DNA of 39,260 bases from Verrucomicrobiota bacterium (lineage in GTDB: Bacteria > Verrucomicrobiota > Verrucomicrobiia > Verrucomicrobiales > DEV007), in NCBI GenBank assembly GCA_045046875.1, contig JASFYY010000107.1, forward strand, positions 1-39,260, given 5' to 3'. The notes below the pieces were generated by a model, which saw nothing but the letters and a program-made list of their open reading frames with translations, was not told where the DNA came from and did no database searches. Positions 17,945-27,903 of this stretch are shown piece after piece. The stretch's first letter is position 1; each line of letters opens with the position of its first letter. The translations under genes were made by a program, and so were the position numbers.

Positions 17945-18232
17945 ATGCCAGATCAAAATATAAATTCACCTCCCGAATTGGAAGTTTTCGCAAAGTCCCA
18001 AGTGGCTTCAGGCTACTTCAATAATGCAAGTGAGGTGCATCGAGCCGCCCTTTCTGCTTTGGCGCGTGCCGAGGAAGAACGAGAACTACGCTTGCAAGTG
18101 TTGCGTAGGGAAATCAAATTAGGGCAAGCTGATATGGATGCAGGTCGCTACTCGACCATTGCTTCACCAGAGGAATCTAGTGATTATTTTTCCAAGCTTC
18201 GCGAAAAAGCCATAAAACGCGTAGAAAAATAA
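17945..18232 (+). CDS. parD: ParD-family (ribbon-helix-helix) antitoxin
   Basis: 95 aa. NI..PPELE.F...QVASG.FNNASEV.R.AL and L..LR.EI..G.AD..AGR patterns; precedes a ParE remnant. Confidence 0.8.
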   Translation: MPDQNINSPPELEVFAKSQVASGYFNNASEVHRAALSALARAEEERELRLQVLRREIKLGQADMDAGRYSTIASPEESSDYFSKLREKAIKRVEK

Positions 18233-18234
18233 CG

Positions 18235-18578
18235 ATGCTCAATTATCGCATCTCTGATCACGCAGAAGAAGACATCGTTTCGCTGAGCGCATACACCTTG
18301 AGAATTTCGGGGGCAAACTTTGGATCGTTACCTGATGCTGATTGAAGTTGCGCTGTTGGAGCTTTGCAAAAACCCGTCACGACGCGGGGTTACAAAATTT
18401 GAAGATAAGATCATGAAATTTCATCTGCGCCACTGCCGAGCTGATGCAGCTAAAAAAAGGTGAATTCATTAACAAACCTCGCCACATGATTTTCTTCAAA
18501 GAAGCCGAGGATGGAACTCTGGAAATTCTCCGACTGCTCCATGACAGCATGGATGTAGCCAAACAGTTGAGTCCATGA
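18235..18578 (+). pseudogene. parE: Frameshifted ParE/RelE-family toxin
   Basis: Segments MLNYRISDHAEEDIVSLSAYT / ENFG / QTLDRYLMLIEVALLELCKNP...FHLRHCR / KPRHMIFF...LEILRLLHDSMDV cannot be joined in one frame; about three 1-nt indels needed (near 18296, G run near 18310, A7 run near 18455). Confidence 0.85.
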
Positions 18579-18633
18579 AACATCTCTGCATGTAAACCCG
18601 TATTCATTTACCTCTAACCATCTCTCTCCTCTT

Positions 18634-18703
18634 ATCCGCGTATATTTGCCTTCGAGTAATAATCTCCGGCTGTCTCATTGCACTCGGCTGCGCCATCCAC
18701 GGT
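18634..18703 (+). repeat. ~70-bp dispersed element, copy A
   Basis: atccgcgtatatttgccttcgagtaataatctccggctgtctcattgcactcggctgcgccatccacggt; aligns with 19938-20008 (reverse) and 20103-20172. Confidence 0.85.
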
Positions 18704-18786
18704 AAAAAAATCATAAGTAAGATGCCGACCCCACGGCCAGGTGGCCGATCCCAATGCCTAACACCTACAGTCTAAACCGCTACAGC

Positions 18787-19884
18787 CTATCTCACCACCC
18801 TAGCTCCACCGCCATCCATCACCTTCTCAACCTCACTAACGGTTACCATCGTCGTATCCCCCGGAGTCGTCATCGCCAACGCTCCATGCGCCGCGCCATA
18901 ATTCACCGCTTTGGCTGGATCATTGTGGGTTAAAAACCCATAAATCAATCCCGAAGCAAAACTATCCCCCCCACCAACTCGGTCCATGATCTCTAGTTTT
19001 GGAAAAGCATTCGCTTCGAAAAACTCTCCGTCATGCCAGCAAACAGCGCCCCAGTCATTCACCGTCGCCGTGTGAACCTCGCGCAGGGTCGTCGCCGTGG
19101 CTTTGAAATTCGGGAACTCCTTCACCGCCGTCGAAATCATATTCTTGAAATTTTCCACATCGATACCGCTGATGTTGTCATCCACCCCTTCGACCTCAAA
19201 ACCCAAACTCGCAGTGAAATCCTCTTCGTTGCCAATCATCACATCGACAAAACGCGCGATCTCACGATTGACCTCTTGCGCTTTTTGCAAACCTCCAATC
19301 GATTTCCACAAAGACGGACGGTAATTCAGATCATAAGAAACAATCGTGCCATGTTTCTGTGCAGCTTTACAAGCTTCGATGGTGAACTCCGCAGCTCCTT
19401 CAGACAAAGCAGCAAAAATCCCACCCGTATGAAACCAACGCGCTCCCTGACGCCCAAAAATATCATCCCAATCGACATCGCCTACTTTCAATTGTGAAGC
19501 CGCCGTATTGCCACGATCCGGCACTCCCACCGCACCCCGAATCCCAAACCCGCGTTCAGTGAAATTCAAACCATTGCGCACCGTGCGTCCAATACCGTCA
19601 TAATCACGCCAAACGATATGCTGGGTGTCCACCCCGCCCTGAAGAATAAAGTCCTCCACCAAACGACCAACTTCGTTATCAGCAAAAGCCGTCACCACCG
19701 CCGTGTTCAATCCAAAACAACGACGCAGCCCACGAGTCACATTGTATTCACCTCCACCCTCCCAGGCTTGAAAAGATCGCGCCGTGCGCACCCGGCCTTC
19801 ACCGGGATCAAGACGAAGCATCACTTCGCCAAGAGAAACACAGTCATAAACACAAGAGTCAGCAGATTTTATTTCGAGAGACAT
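18787..19884 (-). CDS. kdgK: PfkB-family sugar kinase, 2-keto-3-deoxygluconate kinase-like
   Basis: 365 aa. GEVMLRL, GGGEYNV, SYDLNYRPSLW, GNEEDF, DRVGGGDSFASG. Confidence 0.85.
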   Translation of the reverse strand: MSLEIKSADSCVYDCVSLGEVMLRLDPGEGRVRTARSFQAWEGGGEYNVTRGLRRCFGLNTAVVTAFADNEVGRLVEDFILQGGVDTQHIVWRDYDGIGRTVRNGLNFTERGFGIRGAVGVPDRGNTAASQLKVGDVDWDDIFGRQGARWFHTGGIFAALSEGAAEFTIEACKAAQKHGTIVSYDLNYRPSLWKSIGGLQKAQEVNREIARFVDVMIGNEEDFTASLGFEVEGVDDNISGIDVENFKNMISTAVKEFPNFKATATTLREVHTATVNDWGAVCWHDGEFFEANAFPKLEIMDRVGGGDSFASGLIYGFLTHNDPAKAVNYGAAHGALAMTTPGDTTMVTVSEVEKVMDGGGARVVR

Positions 19885-19893
19885 GGTTTTTTA

Positions 19894-19924
19894 GAATATA
19901 GAAGTTAGAAGTTAGAAGTTAGAA
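19894..19924. repeat. Short tandem heptamer repeat (gaagtta)n just upstream of kdgK
   Basis: gaatata-gaagtta-gaagtta-gaagtta-gaa. Confidence 0.8.
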
Positions 19925-19937
19925 AATTATGAAGTAG

Positions 19938-20008
19938 ACCGTAGGTTTCTCAGCCTAGTACAACGAAACAGTCGAAGATTATTATCTCGAAGGCAAATAG
20001 GCGCAGAT
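19938..20008 (-). repeat. ~70-bp dispersed element, copy B
   Basis: Reverse complement atctgcgcctatttgccttcgagataataatcttcgactgtttcgttgtactaggctgagaaacctacggt aligns with copy A. Confidence 0.85.
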
Positions 20009-20102
20009 GAAATATTTAGTTTTAATGATTCTTTTTTAAATCGTAAAAATCAGACTGCCGTGGTTATCGTCTGTTGTCCTATTTAACTCAATCCCCTTTC
20101 TT

Positions 20103-20172
20103 ATCCGCGCTCATTTGCCTTCGGGTTCTTTCCTCCGGCTGTCTCCTTTCAGGAGGCTGCAAAATCCGCGGT
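20103..20172 (+). repeat. ~70-bp dispersed element, copy C (inverted pair with B)
   Basis: atccgcgctcatttgccttcgggttctttcctccggctgtctcctttcaggaggctgcaaaatccgcggt. Confidence 0.85.
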
Positions 20173-20180
20173 CAAGATTC

Positions 20181-21143
20181 TTAGAATTTGTTCGACTGGA
20201 TGAAATCGTCGTCGCCTTTGAGAAAGTTGACCAGATTATTCGTAGCCCGCATCGCCTGACGCACCACCGATTCATAAGTCCGCGATCCGATGTGCGGAGT
20301 GATCACACAATTCGGTGCGCTCAATAGCGGGTGATCCGCTGGCGGAGGTTCTTCATCCAACACATCAGCTCCGTAGCCACCCACTTTGCCCGAATGCAAA
20401 GCCGTCACCATATCAGCCGTTTCCACCAGCTCACCACGCGCGCAATTTAATACAATCACGCCGTCTTTCATCTCGGCGATCTTAGCCGTATTGATCATGC
20501 CACGCGTTTCGTCATTGAGAAAACAATGCAAAGAAACCACATCCGCCTGGGTCAATACATCGTCCATCGACTCACATCGCTGGACATCATGCGCCGCAGC
20601 AAACTCCTCATCCCAATAGGGATCAAAAGCAATCACCGGCATGCCAAAAGCTTTGGCACGGGTCGCCACTTCCTTGCCGATCCGTCCCAGTCCGATGATG
20701 CCCATCGTCTGCCCCATGATTTCATGGCCAGTAAGCCTCTTCCATTCCCCCTGACGCGCCGCCGATGCGGTCTCCACGATCGTCTTGGTGATCCCCAACA
20801 ACAGCCCAAAAGTATGCTCTGCCACCGTGGTGTGATTGACCCCTGGAGTGAACAACACCGGAATCTTTTTTTCCGTCGCGTAAGCCACGTCAATTTTATC
20901 CAAACCGATGCCGTATTTGGAAAGCACCTTCAGCCGTGGCAACGATTTATCGATCACCGCTTGGGTGATGGCGTCGTCGCCACAGAGAAAAGCGTCAAAC
21001 TCACCCACCAGCTCCAACATCCGCTCTTCGGCCAGTGGCCCGCGTTCACAGACGACTTCATAACCCTGGGATTCCAGCAGCTCGTGATGCGGCCCGGGTA
21101 TGTCTTGATAGGATGTGGTAGTAAGTAGGATTCGAGTTGTCAT
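20181..21143 (-). CDS. D-isomer-specific 2-hydroxyacid dehydrogenase (phosphoglycerate dehydrogenase-like, no ACT domain)
   Basis: 320 aa. G.GLDKID, VAEH, GIIGLGRIG, LNCARG, DV..EP, TPHIG. Confidence 0.9.
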   Translation of the reverse strand: MTTRILLTTTSYQDIPGPHHELLESQGYEVVCERGPLAEERMLELVGEFDAFLCGDDAITQAVIDKSLPRLKVLSKYGIGLDKIDVAYATEKKIPVLFTPGVNHTTVAEHTFGLLLGITKTIVETASAARQGEWKRLTGHEIMGQTMGIIGLGRIGKEVATRAKAFGMPVIAFDPYWDEEFAAAHDVQRCESMDDVLTQADVVSLHCFLNDETRGMINTAKIAEMKDGVIVLNCARGELVETADMVTALHSGKVGGYGADVLDEEPPPADHPLLSAPNCVITPHIGSRTYESVVRQAMRATNNLVNFLKGDDDFIQSNKF

Positions 21144-21191
21144 AAGCGGACAATAGGATTAGCGGTGACTTGACGAGAATCAACCAAGAAT

Positions 21192-21455
21192 ATGAGCAGT
21201 ACGCCAAACGAAGAAAATCCCATGGAACAGGGAACCCAGCCGCTGGACGCCGTGATGGAGGAAATGAAGCTCTCCAATCACGATCTGGTCGAGACCAGTA
21301 AACAGCAACTGACCCATAAAACCGTGGCCAAAGCGCGCAAAGGACGCCAATTGACCAAACGCAGCCAGCGCAAGGTCATCGACGCGATGAATGAACGGCG
21401 CGGAGGGCGCGAGCCCTATCAATTGGCCGATCTGTTCACTTACCGCGGACGCTGA
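21192..21455 (+). CDS. Small hypothetical protein, possibly HTH-like
   Basis: 87 aa ATG ORF in the divergent gap; QPLD.VM...LSNHDLV...QLTHK.V.KARKGR.LT; codon usage like neighbours. Confidence 0.65.
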   Translation: MSSTPNEENPMEQGTQPLDAVMEEMKLSNHDLVETSKQQLTHKTVAKARKGRQLTKRSQRKVIDAMNERRGGREPYQLADLFTYRGR

Positions 21456-21562
21456 CTCAAAACCCACAACGGACAGAGTCCTGCTGGTTGCAGGAACTAT
21501 TTTTCTTTGCCTCCGTGTTTGCTGTCTTCGCCTGGACACTTCATTACCCCTAAAAACCAACC

Positions 21563-23038
21563 ATGAAAAAACTCCTCAAGCTATATCTCTTAACCTGCTT
21601 CTGCCTTGTAAGCCCCCTGTTCTCCAAAGAAAACACATCCTCCCTGCTACGCGCAGTGGATCTGGATATCGGAGAAATCGTGAAAATCAAACTTAGCGAC
21701 GGATCTCCGGTCACCCTCAAACTGCTCGCCATTAAAGAAAGCTCCGATACGATGAGCAAAGCCGTTCGTCGCGCAGAGGTCGCTGTCGAAGTGAATGGTG
21801 AACGTGTGGATCTGATCTCGGCAACCTATCACCTGCCGACCACTGCCGCAGGAGTCCAGATCGATTGCCCCATCACCCAGGGTTACGTCGCTAATTCCGG
21901 AAGCGATGCCTGGGGACTCAAAAAAGCCGCTCGCCTGCGCTTGTGGCCCGCTGGTTCGCCATGGGTGAAACCCGGCACTTTCCAATACCCTGCCAAACAA
22001 AGATGGTTCGCCACTTTAACCCAGATGGCCAACGAGCCCACTTTCGCCGACGGAGGAGACCAACCCTCGCGCAAAAAAATCTACTACCATTACGGCCTCG
22101 ACATCGGCGGAGCCGAAGGTCTGATCGACATTGTTGCCGCCACAGCCGGACAAGTCGTTTCCCTCGGCGAGCAAGTCATGCCCGAACACAAGGACTCTCC
22201 CGCCCACCCACGCTATGATGTGGTCTATGTGCTCGATGACCGCGGTTGGTATTACCGTTACAGCCACCTCAATTCCATCGACCCGGCACTCACTCTCGGC
22301 CAGCGCATCAAAATAGGATCTGCCATCGGCGTGCTCGGTAAAGAAGGTGGCAGCGGTGGCTGGACGCACTTGCATTTTGGGATCAAGTCGATGCAGCCTT
22401 CGGGCGAATGGGGCACTCAGGAAGGATACGCTTTTTTGTGGCAGTCCTACATTAATGAGCATCGACCCAAGGTGCTTGCGGTTGCACGTCCGCATCACTT
22501 TGTAAAAGTCGGCGAACCCGTCCAACTCGACGGATCAAAATCCTGGACAGCAAATGCGGCTGATAAAAAATACCAATGGACCTTTCATGACGGCACCACT
22601 TCCAATCAGCCCCGGGTCAAACGAAGCTATCAAAAAGCCGGCGTTTATAGCGAAATTCTCAAAGTCAGTGATTCCGATGGCGCCTCCGATTACGACTTCA
22701 ACATCGTCCAAGTGATAGACGCACAACATCCCGAACAATTGCCCCCCACCATACACGCCACCTACGCCCCCACCTTCGGCATCAAAGCGGGCGATGAAGT
22801 GACTTTCAAAGTGCGCTCATTCCGCACCACAACGCCCGGAGAAATATGGAATTTCGGTGACGGCAGCCCGGAAAAACACGTGCAGTCCGATGGCAATGCC
22901 GTGAAACTGGCCAAAAACGGATATGCGGTGAGCAAACACCGTTTCGCTACCGCCGGACACTATATCGTCAGTGTCCGCCACACCAACGAACACGGCTTCA
23001 CCGCTACCCAACACCTGCAAGTAAGAGTAGCCGAGTAA
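21563..23038 (+). CDS. Secreted M23-family peptidase domain protein with two PKD domains
   Basis: 491 aa. Signal peptide; HYGLD (HxxxD), YSHL, HLHF (HxH); PKD motifs YQWTFHDG...Y.KAG.Y and WNFGDGS...H.F...G.Y.V. Confidence 0.8.
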   Translation: MKKLLKLYLLTCFCLVSPLFSKENTSSLLRAVDLDIGEIVKIKLSDGSPVTLKLLAIKESSDTMSKAVRRAEVAVEVNGERVDLISATYHLPTTAAGVQIDCPITQGYVANSGSDAWGLKKAARLRLWPAGSPWVKPGTFQYPAKQRWFATLTQMANEPTFADGGDQPSRKKIYYHYGLDIGGAEGLIDIVAATAGQVVSLGEQVMPEHKDSPAHPRYDVVYVLDDRGWYYRYSHLNSIDPALTLGQRIKIGSAIGVLGKEGGSGGWTHLHFGIKSMQPSGEWGTQEGYAFLWQSYINEHRPKVLAVARPHHFVKVGEPVQLDGSKSWTANAADKKYQWTFHDGTTSNQPRVKRSYQKAGVYSEILKVSDSDGASDYDFNIVQVIDAQHPEQLPPTIHATYAPTFGIKAGDEVTFKVRSFRTTTPGEIWNFGDGSPEKHVQSDGNAVKLAKNGYAVSKHRFATAGHYIVSVRHTNEHGFTATQHLQVRVAE

Positions 23039-23175
23039 AAAATAGACCCTTCTGATCACGCTCCGGCCCATGCGCAATTCATACCAAAAAAAACCAATGA
23101 GTTACTAGCGACAACCCGACAAACACAGCATAATTTATCCAGTAAAGTTCATTTGAACCCTAAATACTGTCTGCT

Positions 23176-26100
23176 GTGAATACCTGCCCGCTCCTTTCCC
23201 TACCCCTTGTTTGTGCTTTCACCTTCAGCCTGAGCATTTTTGATACCTGCGCAGCGGATGCCAAATTGCCAAAGCTCGATTTCACCAAGGACATTCGGCC
23301 GATCCTCTCCACCGCTTGTTTTCACTGCCACGGCCCTGATCAAGAAAACCGCGAAGCCGATCTGCGGCTCGACACAGAAAAAGGAGCCTTCGCCAGTCTC
23401 GACGGCGGGCACCACGCTTTTGTTGCTGGCAAACCCGAGCACAGTGAAGCCTATGCGCGCATCACCAGCCAGGACAAAGACGAGCTGATGCCGCCCGCAG
23501 ACTCGGGCAAAAAAATCACCGCCGAGCAGATCAAAATGATTCAACGTTGGATCAAACAGGGGGCCCAATGGGGACAACACTGGGCGTTCATCGCGCCGAC
23601 CCGCCCCAAAGTCCCCCAACTCGCCGCCAACGACAAAGCCCCCAGCGGCCCAGCGGCCCAAATAAAAAACCCCATCGACAATTTTGTTTTTGAGCAACTG
23701 AACCACCAGGGTCTGAACCCCTCCGCCCCGGCCAACCGGACTACTCAATTGCGCCGCCTGAGCCTCGACCTGATTGGCCTGCCGCCCACGCCAGCTGAAA
23801 TTGATAAATTTCTCGCCGATAAAAGTTCCACTGCCTGGGACAAACAAATCAACCGCTTGCTGAAATCCCAACATTTTGGTGAACGCTGGGCGCGGGTATG
23901 GCTGGACGCCGCGCGTTACGCCGACTCCGACGGGTACGAAAAAGACAAACCGCGCGAAGTGTGGTTCTACCGCGACTGGGTGATCGACTCAATCAATCAA
24001 GACAAAGCCTACGACCAATTCATCATCGAACAAATCGCCGGCGACCTCTTGCCCAATGCCAGTCAGGATCAAATCGTCGCCACCGGTTTTCTACGCAACT
24101 CGATGATCAATGAAGAAGGCGGCATCGACCCTGAAGAGTTTCGCATGTATGCCATGTTCGACCGCATGGATGCGGTCGGCAAAGCTGTTCTGGGTTTCAC
24201 CATGCAGTGCGCGCAATGCCACTCTCACAAATACGATCCGCTCTCTCAAAAAGATTATTACCGGGTATTTTCCTACCTCAACAACTCCTTCGAAGCCCAA
24301 CCCATCGTTTACACCAAACCTCAAAGAAAAAAACGCAACGAACTGTTTGAAAAAATTGCTCAAATCGAAAAGTCTCTGAAAATAAAACACGTCGATTGGC
24401 CCGCCCGCATGGCCGCTTGGGAAGAAACGGCGAAATCCACCCCCTCCAAAAAATGGGAAGTGCTGGAACTCAAAAACAGCTCCGGCAACAACGGTCAGCG
24501 TTATTACCAACAATCCGAAGGATCCTATCTCGCCCAGGGTTACGCCGCCACCAAACTCACCGCTCCTTTTGCGGCCACCACCCAAGCCAAAGAAATCCGC
24601 TCATTCCAGTTGGAGGTGCTCAACCACCCCAACCTGCCCGGCGGCGGCCCAGGTCGCGGTTTACTGGGACGCTATTCACTCAGCGAGTTCCAAGTAAAAG
24701 CGGAAAGCATCAAAGATCCCAAAAAGAGCATCAAGGTCAAATTCAGCCGCGCCAGCGCCGACTATGGCAATCCCAAAACCGCGATGAAGTCGCCCTACCT
24801 CGATAAGCGTGATGGCAAAAGCTCGGGACACACCGGCCCCATCAGCTACGCCATCGATGGGGACAACAAAACCGGTTGGAGCACCGACGCCGGCCCCGGT
24901 CGCCACAATGGTGAGCACCGCGCGGTTTTTGTCGCTGACAAAAACGTCGCTTTTCCCGGCGGCACCAAACTCACCGTGACCATGATCCAACGCCAGGGCG
25001 GTTGGAACAGCGATGACAACCAAACCATGAACCTCGGCTGCTTCCGCATTTCGATCCGCGGCGACGAAGTTGACGCCGACCCTCTGCCTGCGGATGTCAG
25101 GAACATCATCGAAAATGTCCCAGCCGCCAAACGCAGTGCCCAGCAGCAGCAAGTTGTATTTGCCTACTGGCGAACCACTTTACCGGCATGGAAGACCGCC
25201 AACGAGCAGATCGAAGCTCTCTGGAAACAACACCCACTCGGCACCACCCAGTTTGTTTACCAGGAAATGAAACAAGGCCGCAAGACCCGTCTCTTAAAAC
25301 GCGGAGACTTCCTCAGCCCCGAAAAAGAAGTCGCATCAGGGGTGCCCTCCTTTTTGCACGCCATGCCTGCCAATGCGGGAACCGGACGTCTTGCTTTTGC
25401 CCGCTGGTTGGTTGATCGTCAATCGCCCACCACAGCCCGCACCATCGTCAACCGTATCTGGCAAGGTTATTTTGGCACCGGACTTTTTGAAACCGCCGAT
25501 GATCTCGGTTCTACCGGCGCATCGCCCTCCCACCCTGACTTACTCGATTGGCTAGCCGTCGAGCTGATGGAAAACGGCTGGTCGCTCAAACACATCCACC
25601 GCCTGATCACCCAATCAGCCACCTACCGTCAATCATCAGTGATCAGTGAAAAGCTGGCCGCATCCGATCCCAACAACCGACTGCTCGCCCGCGGCCCGCG
25701 TTTCCGCGTTGATGCCGAAATCGTGCGTGACATTTTCCTCTCAGCCAGCGGACTGCTTAATCCCAAAATCGGCGGCCCCAGCGTTTACCCGCCGGCTCCC
25801 GCTTTTCTATTCGAACGTCCCGTCAGTTACGGCCCCAAAGTTTGGAACCACAACAGCGGCAAGGAAAAATACCGCCGTGCTTTATACACCTTTCGTTTCC
25901 GTTCCGTGCCCTACCCTGCCTTGCAAACTTTTGACGCACCCTCCGGTGAATTTGCCGTGGTCAAACGAGTTCGTTCCAACACCCCTTTGCAAGCTCTGAC
26001 CACTCTCAACGAATCCCTCTTTGTCGAATCAGCCCAAGCCCTCGCCCGCCTCGTGCTCAGCCAGGAAGGCAAAACCGACGCTCAACGCCTGACCACTATT

Positions 26101-26355
26101 TTCCGCCGCTGCGTCGCCCGCCACCCGAATAGCGAAGAAACCGACTTGTTAAGCCAAATGTTAAAAAAACAAAAACAGCGCTTTCAACAAGGCCAACTCG
26201 ACCCGAAAAAAGTGATCACGCCCCCTGACAGTTCCGATGGCAAAAAAGCCCCTACTCCGGATCTGCCCAAAGGCATCACCCCCTCCCAACTCGCCGCCTG
26301 GACCGTCGTCAGCCGGGTGATATTAAACATGGATGAAACCATCACTAAGGAATGA
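23176..26355 (+). CDS. Planctomycete cytochrome c + DUF1549 + DUF1553 (PSD1) protein
   Basis: 1059 aa. DIRPILS..CFHCHG, HWAF, NPID.F, RR..LDLIGLPP, WLD.ARYADS, CAQCH.HKYDP, TPLQAL. Confidence 0.93.
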   Translation: MNTCPLLSLPLVCAFTFSLSIFDTCAADAKLPKLDFTKDIRPILSTACFHCHGPDQENREADLRLDTEKGAFASLDGGHHAFVAGKPEHSEAYARITSQDKDELMPPADSGKKITAEQIKMIQRWIKQGAQWGQHWAFIAPTRPKVPQLAANDKAPSGPAAQIKNPIDNFVFEQLNHQGLNPSAPANRTTQLRRLSLDLIGLPPTPAEIDKFLADKSSTAWDKQINRLLKSQHFGERWARVWLDAARYADSDGYEKDKPREVWFYRDWVIDSINQDKAYDQFIIEQIAGDLLPNASQDQIVATGFLRNSMINEEGGIDPEEFRMYAMFDRMDAVGKAVLGFTMQCAQCHSHKYDPLSQKDYYRVFSYLNNSFEAQPIVYTKPQRKKRNELFEKIAQIEKSLKIKHVDWPARMAAWEETAKSTPSKKWEVLELKNSSGNNGQRYYQQSEGSYLAQGYAATKLTAPFAATTQAKEIRSFQLEVLNHPNLPGGGPGRGLLGRYSLSEFQVKAESIKDPKKSIKVKFSRASADYGNPKTAMKSPYLDKRDGKSSGHTGPISYAIDGDNKTGWSTDAGPGRHNGEHRAVFVADKNVAFPGGTKLTVTMIQRQGGWNSDDNQTMNLGCFRISIRGDEVDADPLPADVRNIIENVPAAKRSAQQQQVVFAYWRTTLPAWKTANEQIEALWKQHPLGTTQFVYQEMKQGRKTRLLKRGDFLSPEKEVASGVPSFLHAMPANAGTGRLAFARWLVDRQSPTTARTIVNRIWQGYFGTGLFETADDLGSTGASPSHPDLLDWLAVELMENGWSLKHIHRLITQSATYRQSSVISEKLAASDPNNRLLARGPRFRVDAEIVRDIFLSASGLLNPKIGGPSVYPPAPAFLFERPVSYGPKVWNHNSGKEKYRRALYTFRFRSVPYPALQTFDAPSGEFAVVKRVRSNTPLQALTTLNESLFVESAQALARLVLSQEGKTDAQRLTTIFRRCVARHPNSEETDLLSQMLKKQKQRFQQGQLDPKKVITPPDSSDGKKAPTPDLPKGITPSQLAAWTVVSRVILNMDETITKE

Positions 26356-26443
26356 AAAAAGGCTGTAGCTATTTAGGCTATAGGCTGTAGCCCCCCGAAA
26401 CGAACACCTTGTATATTTTTGATCAATTAACTTTTTTACTGCT

Positions 26444-27889
26444 ATGAAAAACTCGCTCACTTCCCGCCACGCTGCTGCCACCAACCTTTCCCGTCGTTGG
26501 TTTTTGAAAGAATGCGGAGTCGGCCTCGGCTCGATCGCCATGACCCAGTTATTAGCCGAGCAAGGTTTTGCTGCTTTGCCCAAAAATAACACCCCGCTAG
26601 ATCCGCTGGCGGTGAAAAAATCCCACTACCCCGCCAAGGCGAAAAACGTCATTTACCTCTTCATGGGCGGCGGCCCCAGTCACTTGGAAATGTTCGACAA
26701 CAAACCCTTGCTGAGCAAATTCGACGGCACCCTGCCACCAGCAGATTTACTTAAAGGTTACCGCTCAGCTTTTATCAATCCCAACTCCGCCCTGCTCGGC
26801 CCCAAATTCAAATACGCCAAACACGGACAATCCGGCACCGAACTGTCCGAACTGCTGCCCAACCTCGCCACCGTGGTGGATGACATCGCGGTGATCAAGT
26901 CGATGAAAACCGACGCCTTCAATCACGCCCCCGCGCAGATCCTGATGAGCACCGGCAATACCCAGTTCGGCAAACCCAGCCTCGGTGCCTGGACCACTTA
27001 CGGCCTCGGCTGTGAAACCCGCGACCTGCCCGCTTTTGTGGTTCTCAGCTCGGGCAGTAAAGGCCCCAGCGGAGGCAATGCCAACTGGGGCAGCGGATTT
27101 CTACCTACCGTTCACGCCGGTGTCCCCTTCCGCGGAACCGGTGACCCGGTGCTCTATTTGTCCAACCCCAGCGGTATCGACGACCAGCTGCAACACGACT
27201 CCATCCAAGCCGTCAATCAACTGAACTCCATCCGCCAAAAGGCCGTCGGTGATCCCGAGATCTCCACCCGCATCAACTCCTTCGAGATGGCCTACCGGAT
27301 GCAAAGCAGCGCGCCGGAATTGATGGATTTCTCGGACGAACCGCAGCACCTGCTCGACCTCTACGGAGCCAAACCCGGCGAAGCCTCTTTTGCCAACAAC
27401 TGCCTGCTCGCCCGACGCATGATCGAGCGCGGAGTGCGTTTTGTGGAGCTCTTCCACGAATCATGGGATCAACACGGCGGGCTGGTCAAAGGCTTAAAAA
27501 AGAACTGCGCCGACACCGAACAAGCCAGCGCCGCCTTGATCAAAGATCTCAAACAACGTGGTCTGCTCGATGACACCCTGATCGTCTGGGGCGGAGAATT
27601 CGGCCGCACCCCCATGGTCCAGGGCAGCACCGACGGACGCGACCACCACCCCAACGCCTTCAGTATGTGGATGGCCGGCGGTGGCATCAAAGGCGGCGTC
27701 ACTTATGGTGAAACCGACGACTTCGGTTTTAATACCGTGGAAGACCCCGTGCACGTGCGCGACCTGCACGCCACCATCCTGCACCTGCTCGGCTTCCATC
27801 ACGAACGCCTCAACTTCTCCTTCCAAGGCCTCGACCAACGCCTGACCGGCGTCGAACCCGCCCATGTCATCCACGATTTGATAGCGTGA
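26444..27889 (+). CDS. DUF1501 family protein (Tat signal)
   Basis: 481 aa. SRRWFL, LFMGGGPSH, CLLARR..ERGVRFV, WD.H, WGGEFGRTP, GRDH; usual partner of the PSD1 protein. Confidence 0.93.
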   Translation: MKNSLTSRHAAATNLSRRWFLKECGVGLGSIAMTQLLAEQGFAALPKNNTPLDPLAVKKSHYPAKAKNVIYLFMGGGPSHLEMFDNKPLLSKFDGTLPPADLLKGYRSAFINPNSALLGPKFKYAKHGQSGTELSELLPNLATVVDDIAVIKSMKTDAFNHAPAQILMSTGNTQFGKPSLGAWTTYGLGCETRDLPAFVVLSSGSKGPSGGNANWGSGFLPTVHAGVPFRGTGDPVLYLSNPSGIDDQLQHDSIQAVNQLNSIRQKAVGDPEISTRINSFEMAYRMQSSAPELMDFSDEPQHLLDLYGAKPGEASFANNCLLARRMIERGVRFVELFHESWDQHGGLVKGLKKNCADTEQASAALIKDLKQRGLLDDTLIVWGGEFGRTPMVQGSTDGRDHHPNAFSMWMAGGGIKGGVTYGETDDFGFNTVEDPVHVRDLHATILHLLGFHHERLNFSFQGLDQRLTGVEPAHVIHDLIA

Positions 27890-27903
27890 AATACGAAGAA
27901 GAT

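Noticed and set aside
18235..18578. Programmed frameshifting or phase variation of parE
   Set aside because: Three separate indels are needed and the homopolymer runs are short, so decay is the simpler explanation.
18634..20172. Known riboswitch (for example c-di-GMP-I) for the 70-bp element
   Set aside because: It shares only short words such as ggcaaa. Copies lie in both orientations and downstream of genes, and I could not fit a known consensus. An Rfam search is needed.
20181..21143. Gene symbol serA
   Set aside because: The family is clear, but there is no ACT domain and the position next to kdgK suggests sugar-acid catabolism; substrate not assignable.
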